This document shows, one piece after another, positions 38,290-48,486 of a DNA stretch of 64,000 bases. The stretch comes from Octopus sinensis. Taxonomy: Eukaryota. Under the pieces are notes generated by a model. It saw only the letters and a list, made by a program, of their open reading frames with translations. It was not told where the DNA came from and made no database searches. The translations under genes and the position numbers were made by a program. Each line of letters begins with the position of its first letter. Within the stretch, counting starts at the first letter, position 1. The stretch lies in NCBI RefSeq assembly GCF_006345805.1, contig NC_043015.1, forward strand, positions 14,508,001-14,572,000, given 5' to 3'.

Positions 38290-39506
38290 AAATTTAATCA
38301 TCAACGTATTTTTCCTGATTACCTATTACTTCTTTCCATCTATTTACAAGCTATTTAATCCCATCAATGTAAAACTCTTGGTTTCAAAGCAAAGAACTCT
38401 GAAATGTCAGTTTTGACCTCCTCCTGGCTTGCAAAAGTTATGTCCCCCAAATGATTCTGTAAACTATGAAGCAAATGGTAGTCTGAAGGAGCAAGGTCGG
38501 GAGAATAAGGTGGATGAGGAATTTTTTTCCCAACCAAGCTCTTCAATCTTCTGTGATGTGATCCTTGCAGTGAGGGGTCGTGCATTGTCTTGATGAAACA
38601 TCACACCTTTTCGATTCACTAAAGCGTTTTTTTTTTCCTTCAAAGCTTGGTTCAAATGCTCTAATTGCTGACATTAGACTTGAGCATTGATTGTTGCATT
38701 AGGTGGCAACAATTCAAAGTGAATTACTCCTTTGCAATGCCACCAGATAGAGAGAAGAACCTTTTTTCCATGAAGTTCCCTTCTCACTTGTGGCTGAGCT
38801 TTTTCCCTTTTACCAAGCCACTGTTTATGATGTTTACCATTTCGATAGAAGATCCATTTTTCGCCATCAGTCACAAGTCTATCCAAAAAGGGTGAAATGA
38901 GTTCACGAGAATGGAAAGAAGAGCAGATGTCAACTCGGGATTTGCGGTTGCTTTCAGATAATTCACGAGGCACCCGTTTTCCAAGTTTAGGAACCTTTCC
39001 CAAGTTGTTGAAGATGACGATGAACAGTTGTATGGTTTGAACTAAGCTTTATTGCCAATTCTTCAACTGATAATGCAGGATTTTCTTCAAGTAATGCCTC
39101 AAGGAGCTTATCATCAAACTCAACTGGACGTCCTGTTCGGTCTTCATCTTCTAGACTGAAATCTCCACTTGTGAATTTTGCAAACCATCTTCTGCAAGTT
39201 CTTTCATTCAAGCGTTCTTTCCCATAAACTGAGTGTATGTTTCGAGTCACTTCGGTTGCAGAGTTCCCCTTTTTGCACCCATAAAGCATTATGTGCCTTA
39301 AATGCTCTTTGGATACTTCCATGTTGGAAAGGGTTTTAATCAAAGAAATTTTAATTCTATTATTCTGTAAAATGATATTTAATTAGTTTAAATGTACAGA
39401 AATGCATAAAAATAATTTTTAATTCCATTAGACATTCTAAAATACCATTAAATTTCATTCAATTTTAAAAAAGGTGAAATCAGACAGAACTTATGGGATG
39501 ACCTGA
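38290..39506 (-). mobile_element. Near full-length mariner transposase pseudogene (Mos1-like), 3' TIR missing
   Basis: HTH N-terminus, GRP, LVTDGEKWIFY, HQDNARP, HPPYSPDLAPSDY across frameshifted ORFs; 5' TIR TA-TCAGGTCATCCCATAAG ending at 39506. Confidence 0.92.
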
Positions 39507-39681
39507 TACATCTAATAATAGAAATATTTGTTGATCAAAAAGATAATTAGTAATAAATTATGTGATCTGGAGATGAAGCTTTTGTTTTGTAATTTGCCAA
39601 ATATTTGACAAGAATGAGTAAATAAGTAAAATATTTTATGATTGTAAAAAAAATTTCTTCTTTATTTTAAATTTATTTCAG

Positions 39682-39793
39682 GTCACATCAAACATACTAT
39701 ATGTTTGGATTCCTCTTTCTTGTGTTCATCATCCTCATCATCACTTGCTCTGAAGCTACCATCTTGCTGTGTTATTTTCACCTATGTGCTGAG
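39682..39793 (+). CDS. TM9SF2: TM9SF2 exon 14 of 16 ([37 protein letters not shown])
   Basis: ttcag acceptor, gtaatc donor; 112 nt. Confidence 0.97.
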
Positions 39794-39949
39794 GTAATCA
39801 TTTTTCATCTAGTATTTACTCCTTCACAACATTCTCACACATCTGTCTTGTATAACAAGTTTTCTGAAATTATTTATGATATACTTCATGACTATATAAC
39901 ACTGTGTAACAAGGTTTTTATCCTTGGGTAGCAACTGTTATTTCCTATT

Positions 39950-40096
39950 TGCTTACCCCTTCCGGCACTAGATGTCCGCACTGCGACTGATCTTTTCAAG
40001 CAAGAATTGGTCTTATCGGTCACCTACGGACTCACCAGTAAATTTGCACGAAGACCATCATCCTCGATCTTGAGGGATTGCCAAAAAAAAAAAAAA
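39950..40096 (+). mobile_element. 3' tip of a distinct RTE (BovB-like) LINE with a C2H2 finger and poly(A)
   Basis: RCPHCD*SFQARIGLIGHLRTHQ* followed by a short UTR and an A run. Confidence 0.72.
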
Positions 40097-41500
40097 CCCT
40101 ACAAAGTATGAAGAATGGCTAATATTACCTTCAAACTTTGCTTTTGTTATGTTTATTCAAACTTCAAAGAATTCCTCTCAACTCATGGCTATGATGCTTC
40201 CCCAGCACTCCTGCTCATGATTAGAGATGCACATATAGCCAGCCACTAAGGGATATGCTCAAGTTGTTATGGACAAGCAACTGACAAGCAAATCTGTGGT
40301 ATTGAGCAGAATATTTGCTATAATGATATCTCTGTTTCAGCAACTCAGGAATAGTAGTCATTTCTTTTGATAGAAGCAAATAGGAAATAACACTTACTGA
40401 CCAAAGATTTTTAAAAAAAAAGCTGTTACACATGTAATTATTATTGTAAGTATACAATATCCATTAACATATGTAGAAATTGATTTCATGTTTTATATTG
40501 ATGAATATTGAGAATGTCCAAACAGATGTGGGGCAGAAGCTGTTAAAACTTAGGTGTCTTCTTGAGCACTTATAAATTTTTTAATATTCAGCTGCAAACT
40601 ATAGTAAACGATATTTATGAACTTTAACTCTAACCTTTAAAATTAATTTTTAATCCCAAACCACAACTTCATTGTTAATAATACATAAATAAGGCCAAGT
40701 TTAAGGGTAAAACTTTACAAACAGCATCATCAAAAAGATTTTGTTTTTATTTCATCCTTCTTGATTTAATTATTGAATACCTTGTTTTACTACAGTGAAG
40801 GTACATGGCAGTTTGGGTGTTGGACTCATGATTGTAAGATTGTGGCTTTGATTCTTAGACCAGCCTATGTGTAGTGTTTTTGAGCAGAAAGAAGAAGAAA
40901 TGCTTCCTTCTCAAGCCATGCTAGGCTCATAAGGGCTGGTTTCCTGGTTTCAGTGGCGTATAAATTCCCCAACTGGACAGGACACTGATCTTTCACAGGA
41001 TTACTCTTTTTTGCCAGTTGAGTGGACTGGAGCAACGTGAAATGAAGTGTTTTATTCAAGAACACAACGTATCACCCAGTCCAGGAATTGAAACCAAAAT
41101 CTTATGATTTTTGAGCAGAACACTTCATATTATATTTGTATATGCATTTATATATATATATATTTTTTTTTTTTTACAATTGAGGATAAAATCTTTATAA
41201 GAAATTATCAGTAGTTAGCGTGAAAAACCTCATAAGAGAAAAAATCCGTAAATTTATCCACTTTAAAAATATTTATTTATATTATATAGAGGGTACCTAT
41301 ATTCATAGATACCGCACGCTATTAGAGGGACCCTTGCGGTCAAGACTACTAAGATAAACAAGTTGTACTGAATGCAAAACTTCAAAGCAAGTCATTTAAA
41401 AAAATCATTTGAATTCATTTTTTTCTTTTATATATATATATAAAAGAAAAAAATGAGTTCAAATTTTTCAACTATTTATATATGAATATATATAAATATA

Positions 41501-41579
41501 CAGTAATCCCTCACTGTATTGCAGTTCACCTATCGTGATTTATTATTTAAGCTTATGTCGATTCCTCCATGGATTACTG
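41501..41579. mobile_element. Tigger/pogo-like mini-MITE (79 bp)
   Basis: TA-CAGTAATCC...GGATTACTG-TA. Confidence 0.7.
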
Positions 41580-41581
41580 TA

Positions 41582-41619
<38 letters not shown>

Positions 41620-41624
<5 letters not shown>

Positions 41625-42093
41625 CCTATTGGCTGACTACTAGCCCTTTTGCATCTGACCACGGTCACTGCCACATCGATATTCATCCCTCTGCCATAAG
41701 GCTTCATTTCCACACACGCCAGGTGAATTCAATTCGTCCCCAGTCGAAAGACGCCTGTTGTTATGTCCTGTTATTATTATTTTTATTGTATTTTTGTAGT
41801 TATATCCATGTAACATCGTCTGTTTTTCTGTCCTTGTTTTCGTATACATTTGATGCTTTTTTCCAAGGAATCTAATGCTCTTAGCTTAATTTTTCATTGG
41901 GGCTGGCCAGATTGGAGCAGTCTCAAGATTAATCAGCCGAAATTGTGAGGATGATCCGGTTCTTGACTGAAGATAAAAGGCTTCGAATGACCCATCCTTG
42001 TTTTTTTTGTATTGTCTATCTGGATGTTTTGTTGTCCCCTTTTGTATCACCTAGTTGTCCAGATGTTTTGTGTTCTTGTCCCATTTTGTATTT

Positions 42094-42110
<17 letters not shown>
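41620..42110 (+). mobile_element. Fragment of a second repeat family (probably a PLE terminal repeat) between (TA)n runs
   Basis: Homologous to the palindromic element at 16721-17005; embedded in (TA)n. Confidence 0.55.
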
Positions 42111-42140
<30 letters not shown>

Positions 42141-42191
42141 AATGAGGTAATCAGATCAGATGGTTCATATTTGTAGATATTTATTTATATA

Positions 42192-42576
42192 CTAGCAGTA
42201 TCGCCCGGCGTTGCTCAGGTTTGTAAGGGAAATAACTATAAAGCATTTTTAGAGAGTTATAGGCAAAAATTAGCAAAAAAAATGAAAAAAAATTATGGTA
42301 AATTTTTTTTGAGAGTTAAAAAAGGTCGAGTTGCATCCCCTAGACAGTCTGTGGTTTGTGTTTCTAATTCTCGACCCCATGTCGAATTTATCGATTTTTT
42401 TCAGAACTGGGGGAACTTTTCAAAATTTTCGCTGCGTTAGTTTTGAATTATGACATTGGGCTATGTGTGTGTCAAGTTTCATCAGAATCGGTTGAAAGCA
42501 GTGGTCAGGGTGAGGGTACAACCAAACAGACACACAGAATCACACACAGACAAACTGCCGTTTATATATAGAGAGA
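42192..42576 (-). mobile_element. Non-autonomous Helitron (385 bp) inserted in the PLE 3' repeat
   Basis: Minus strand A|TC...CCTGAGCAACGCCGGG hairpin...CTAG|T; no TSD; the empty site is preserved in the other repeat copy (about 47730). Confidence 0.88.
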
Positions 42577-42617
42577 TTACATTTTTTACATATATATCAT
42601 ATCATTCAGATCATATC

Positions 42618-42665
42618 ATTCGGATTAGCGCTTTCTCCCAATCTAGTGGGGTTTTCAAATCAAAT
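42618..42665 (-). ncRNA. Minimal type I hammerhead ribozyme candidate, U3-A8 core variant (3' repeat copy)
   Basis: Identical to the 47776-47823 copy. Confidence 0.72.
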
Positions 42666-42773
42666 CAATTGTGGGGAGTTTGAACATTTTATAGTTTCGT
42701 AGTAGTAGTGCGGAGGAATAAGATATAGTACAAGAGGGTGAGGAGGAAGTGAGACAGAGAAAACATGTGTGTA

Positions 42774-42815
<42 letters not shown>

Positions 42816-43845
42816 TGTGCGCGCGTTTATATCTGAGAGGGAAGAAGTGTTATTTCCGTTGGTCTACTGGACCTCCTGTGGTTTTATAAGAACTTGGCTC
42901 TGTCCATTTCGATGTCACTGAGTGTGTGTTGTGCGTAGGTTGGCCTGACAAATGTCATTTGGGGTCACACTTTCTATGATCATTTTGTGGAGGTGTGTGT
43001 GTCTTTGTGTGTCCATGTGTGTTTGTGTGTGCGTGTGTGTGTGTCTGTCTGTCTGTGTGTTTGGAGAAGGGGAGAGAGACAAAAAGAGAAAAGGGAAAAT
43101 AAAAAAATATAAAAATAAAAAAAATATAAAAAATAAATAAAAATAAAAATAAGGGAGGAAGTGGAGAAGAAAAAAATATTTTTGTGTGTTGATATTTATA
43201 CCAATACATATATATATATATACACACACAGACTTATACATAAAATATTTGAAAAAAACCTTTTTATTGGTTCAAAATGAATAACCAAATTACACCATCT
43301 TGAAAATTGTATATCATAGGAAAGTTAAAATTAAAGTGACAATTAAAGGGTAAAGATGGAAGTAAATTATAAAGATAATAATATAATATGATGTATATAA
43401 CAGGCAATACACATATCTATACACACACAGATATATATATATATACATATACACACACAGACATATACTAAATGTTCTACTATATTAGATTGTAAATCGA
43501 AAGATGCGTCCTTCAATGTCACTATATATATATATATATATATACATGCTTACACATGAAATATTAGGGAAAAATCCACCTTCTAACGAATCAAAATGAA
43601 CAATCAAGTTACACCATCTTGAAAATTGCATATCATAGGAAGGTTAAAGTTAGAATGACAATTGGCGAGTAAAGATCAAGTAAATTGCAAAAACAATATA
43701 ATGTATGTAACAAGTAACATATACACACACACACCTATATATATATATACACACACACACATATATTAAATGTTCCACTGTATCATATTGTAAATCGCAA
43801 AAAATTTTTTGTCCTTCAATGTATGTTGAGTAAAGTTTCAGCCAT

Positions 43846-46101
43846 TTAATTTGGGGGAGAAATGTTTTTCCATATTCCTCCTGAAGGGGGTGTCGTTCTT
43901 CGGACACTTGTAGCTAGGTGTGTGCTTAGTGGTATTTTGCGTATTTCTTCCTGCCGAATATGTTGTCGGTGGATCCTGGCTCGCTGGCACAAAGAATTAC
44001 CAGTTTCACCTATGTAATTCTCCTTGCACGTGGGGCAGGTTATGCAGTATATGACGTTCTGCGTCTTGCAGTTCATATCTACATTTACTTTGAATATGAC
44101 ACCATTTTTAAATCTTATCTCTCTGTTGCTCTCTATGTATTTGTAGGTGGGGTTGCTGCAGGTCCCACATCTACCATCTCCGCACTCTTTTGCAAAGAAT
44201 TCCATTTTAGTTTCTGAAGAGAATTTCGCTCTTGTTAGGTGTTTTTTTAGGTTTTTGTCCTGTCGTCTACTGTTTTTTATGCTATATTTGTTTAATATGT
44301 TTTTCATTTTGGGGCTTTGTAAGGCTATTGGTAGGTTTGAATGTATGGTTTGGAAGATGTTGGTAACTCCAGGGTTGTGTGTGTTTATAAAAGGGATAGT
44401 GTTTTCTTTGTTTTTTGTTTTGGGTGTCCTGAGTTGTGTGATGTCTAGTTTTAATGCTCTTGTGATTCCATTTTCTATTAGTTTAAGGGGGTATTTTTGC
44501 TCTAGGAGGAAGCTTTTGAGTTCATCTTGTCTTATTAATCGTATTTGTGAATCAGTTACTATGCTACATATTCGTCGTGCCATACTATATGGGATGTTTC
44601 TTTTTGTGTGGGATGGGTGGTAGGAGTGGAAATTTAAGTATTGATGTGTGTCAGTTTTTTTGTAGTGGATGTCTGTTGTGACGATGGAGTTGTGTATTTT
44701 GATGTTGATGTCTAGGAAGGGAAGTTCGTTGTGGCTGGTATCTATTGTGAAATTGATAGATGGGTGCAGCGTATTGAGGATGTTGTGGAATGTTTGTAGG
44801 TCCTCTTCTGATCTGTTCCAAAAGATGAAACAGTCATCGAGGTAGCGTTTCCACTTTTTCTTGATGTCTTCTCTGAAGTCGTGTTCGAAGACTTTCCCTA
44901 TTTCGTCATATAGTTTTTTCTCCAGGAAGCCCATCACCAGGTTGGCATATGAAGGTGCGAATTTTGTACCCATAGCCGTGCCTTTTATCTGTCGGTATGT
45001 CTTGTTGAATGAGAATGTGTTTTCTTCTAGTATTAGTTGGGTGGCTTGGGTGATAAAGTTTGTCTTGAAGCGTTCGTCTATAAGTTCTCTGTATTTTTCT
45101 ATTGATTGTTTTATAGCTTCTAGACCTATGTTTGTGTATAGATTTGTGACATCAAAGCTTGCAAGTATGGTGTTTTTTGGGACTGTATTTGGAATGTGTG
45201 TGAGGAAGTCTATGTCATCCCTTATGTAGCTTGGAATCTGTGGGCATAGAGGTTTGAGGAGTATATCTATGAAGTGGCTTAGTTGTTGTGTTGGTGCCTG
45301 GGGTCCTGCCACTATTGGTCTCATTGTGAGGTCTGCAGGTCTTTGTACTCTTATATAGTGGTTCCTCTGTTCCTTTATGGCTCTCTGTATTTCCGAGCTT
45401 TTATGAATTTTAGGTAATCCATAAAAGTTGCTTTCTTTGGTTTGTGAGTTGCATAGATAGTCTTCCTCCTTATCTGTAAAGGAGTCCTGATATTCATTGA
45501 CTAAAGTTCTAATTTTTTGTATCGTTGTTTTCTCCGGTGGTGTTGGTTCCTCTTTGTAATATGTCTGGTTGTTCAGTAACTCTAGTATCTTTTCTTTGTA
45601 GTAATCTGTGTCCATAATTACTATTGCTCCACCTTTGTCAGCTTCTTTTATAACGATTGATTTGTCATTTTTCAGTTTTTGTAGGGCTTGTTTTTCTTCT
45701 CTGCGGAGATTCTGTTTGCATTTGTGTGTGTGAAGAGGGAATTTGGATATTGTTTCTATGTATGTGTCAAGGTGTTTGTCACTTCCCTTGTAAGGGGTGA
45801 AGTGGGATTTTTTTCTTATGATTGAGTTATCTTCTGTTTCTTTATTTTCAAAGAATTCCATAAGGCGGAGGTAGCGGCTGAAGTTGTCTATGTCAGTTTT
45901 TAGTTCTATGAGGTTTGGAGTGGGTGTAGGTGTAAATTTGAGGCCTTTTAGTAGTAGGTTCATTTCATATTCGTCAAGTTCTCTTTTAGATAAGTTTATT
46001 ATTTTGGGGTCTATGTGTTTTGGGAGTTCATCCGGAAGTTTTGGTGTATTGGGTCTGGAGTATGGTTGAAGTATCCTCTCCCTAAAAAATGGGTTGTGTT
46101 G
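43846..46101 (-). pseudogene. PLE reverse transcriptase-GIY-YIG endonuclease ORF2 (open from 46101, first ATG 45963), C-terminus frameshifted
   Basis: INLS..L..E..LLLKGLKFTPTP, FYGLPKIHK, ASFDV, GTAMGTKFAPSYANL, RYLDD, FLDI, NVIYCITCPTC..YIGETG motifs; small in-frame deletions. Confidence 0.93.
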
Positions 46102-47609
46102 TTACGTCTCTAAATTCCATTTTCAGTTCTTAGGTTTTCTTGTAGTTGGGGTGGTCTGTATGTGTTGTTTTGTCTTTGGTAGTTGTTTTCTTCCCATCTT
46201 CTGTGTTTGTTGAGCCAATATTTATTACTGGGGTTCAGGTTTCTTTGTGGGTAGGTGGATGGTTCATGTATTGTGTTTGTATTGTATTGATAGTGGGAGT
46301 TGTTTTTTATCCATCTTGGAAATTTGTGGGGTTGCATGGGGTTGGTGTTTGTGTGGTTTTGATTTCCTCGATGTTTGTTGTAGGTTATGTGTTGATTTCT
46401 ATCCACTTGTTTATTGTTCCATGTGTGTGTCCCTTTAGGATGTCCAGTGTTATGTGTTGGTGGTTGTTCATATTCTATTTGCTCTCTCCAAGTGTTATAG
46501 GTTGTTGGTTGTATGTATCATACTTGTCTTGCTGTTTGTGTGTTTGTTTTTGTGTGGTTTTGGGTTGATGGTTGTCTTTCATATTTTGTGTATCTGTTTA
46601 TTGGGGGGTTCGGCAGTGTAAGGAGCGGGATTTTGGTTTGTGTTTGGTAGGGCTTATTTTGATGTCTGGGAGTCCAATATGTTTGTGGTGTTGGTTTGTT
46701 GTATCTATTCATTTGTTTTGGTAGTTTTTTTGTCTTCATAATTGATTTTTCCCCATAGTTCTTTTCGTAGTGTAAAAACCACTCCTGTTGTTTGGTCCAC
46801 ATAAATCTGGATCTTTCCTCCTCTCGTTTGGTATCCTCTTTCCATAATTGTTGTAGTTTTTCTTTGTTTTGGTTATTGTTCCTTTCTGTTATCTCGGCCA
46901 TTATGACGGTATCGATTGTTTTAATCTTATCTTCCTGGTGTGTGCTTCGTGTTTGTAGAAAGGAAATTTCCGTTTCTAGTCGGCAGAGGGCTAGGTTTGC
47001 ACGTATTGTTGTTTCTTCTAGTGTTTCACCCCTTATTTCTTTGATAAGAAATTTTCTAGGGAGTATTGGGTTCTTCAAGTCCCGCCAGTTTTGATATATG
47101 TTGGCTATGTTCTTACAGCGTATGTTTTTCCAATAAGCATATTTGCGTTGGTTTAGAAGTTTGTTCCAGTCTTGGGGTTTTGAAGGTTTTTCTTGGTTTG
47201 TGTCAGTTTTTGTTTCTTCGTCATTTGTTGTCCTTTGTGATTGGGGTAGTCCCGCCAGAAGGTTTGTGTTGTCAGTTGTGTTTGCTTGATTATTTTTACA
47301 GAGAATATTTTGTGTTTGGATTGTATTTATTGTTAAAGCAATGTTTGCAAAGAGCGTATCAATTTTTGAGAGAAGCGAATTTAACTTACTACAGGTTTCT
47401 GTGAGTAGATCTTCCATGCTTCTGGTATTTCCCTGTTGAAGATGTGCTTCTGTCTTGTTTATTTCGGCATTGCATATTTTGCAGATTTGTGTTAGGTCTT
47501 CTGCGTGTTTGGTATAAGCTTGTTTGGGGTCTGGTTCTGTTCCATTCCTTTCAATATTTTCTGTATTTTTGGTATCTTCTGTTTGTGGATCTGATATTAG
47601 TCCATCCAT
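46011..47609 (-). pseudogene. PLE ORF1, 533 codons in one frame with two internal stops (TGA 46518, TAG 46110); probably coiled-coil, with basic and N/Q/T/P-rich segments
   Basis: ORF-track pieces 46518-47630 and 46110-46406 share a frame, and the sequence between and after them is otherwise open to TAG at 46011. Confidence 0.8.
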
Positions 47610-47775
47610 TCTGATGTCATGTACATCCAAATATATGTATCGGAAGGTTTGGAGATGATGTACAGGTATTATATATTAGAAAAAATGAGGTAATCAGATC
47701 AGATGGTTCATATTTGTAGATATTTATTTATATATTACATTTTTTACATATATATCATATCATTCAGATCATATC

Positions 47776-47823
47776 ATTCGGATTAGCGCTTTCTCCCAAT
47801 CTAGTGGGGTTTTCAAATCAAAT
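47776..47823 (-). ncRNA. Minimal type I hammerhead ribozyme candidate, U3-A8 core variant (5' repeat copy)
   Basis: Minus strand AUUUGAU-UUGAAAA-CCCCACUAGAUUGGGA-GAAA-GCGC-U-A/AUCCGAAU; stems I and II pair, stem III is palindromic AGCGCU. Confidence 0.72.
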
Positions 47824-47932
47824 CAATTGTGGGGAGTTTGAACATTTTATAGTTTCGTAGTAGTGGTGGGGAGGAATAAGATATAGTACAAGAGGGTGAA
47901 GAGGAAGTGAGACAGAGAAAACGTGTGTGTAT

Positions 47933-47977
<45 letters not shown>

Positions 47978-48003
47978 TGTGTGTGTGTGTCTTTGTGTGT
48001 CCG

Positions 48004-48036
<33 letters not shown>

Positions 48037-48184
48037 AAATATGAGTGTGTGTATATATATATATATAACATGTATATTAGTAAAATATGACTTGATTCAT
48101 TGAAACTGGCTTGTTTAAGCATTTCAAGCCTCCTTGTTATATTTTTAAAGAAAAATTTTATCTAAAGAACCTATTCTATTTCAG

Positions 48185-48356
48185 GACTACCATTGGTGGT
48201 GGCGGTCATTCCTTACAAGTGGTTTCACAGCAGTATATTTCTTCATATACTGCATTCATTACTATGTTACCAAACTGGAATTGGTTGGATCTGCAAGCAC
48301 AGTGCTCTACTTTGGATACATGTTAATTGTTATGTTTTTATTTTTCTTATTAACTG
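48185..48356 (+). CDS. TM9SF2: TM9SF2 exon 15 of 16 (DYHWWWRSFLTSGFTAVYFF...FLLTG), followed by a GC donor
   Basis: ttcag acceptor; 172 nt; donor reads G|gcaagt; only this boundary keeps frame with the last exon. Confidence 0.93.
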
Positions 48357-48442
48357 GCAAGTAGATTTCCTTTATTTCATACAAAAATAGCTTCTGTATA
48401 TGTTTAAATATTTGATATGTATAATAAAGCCATACAAATTAT

Positions 48443-48486
<44 letters not shown>

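Larger units (their letters stand above)
42133..48002 (-). mobile_element. Penelope-like retroelement (Neptune type) in partial-tandem arrangement with terminal direct repeats, antisense in a TM9SF2 intron
   Basis: RT plus GIY-YIG ORF; CxxxRCxxC linker (KECGDGRCGTC); direct repeats at 42133-43013 and 47676-48002; 3' end abuts (TA)n. Confidence 0.93.

Noticed and set aside
44147-47404. Plus-strand hydrophobic ORFs overlapping the PLE
   Set aside because: Antisense shadows of the A-rich PLE coding strand; no motifs.
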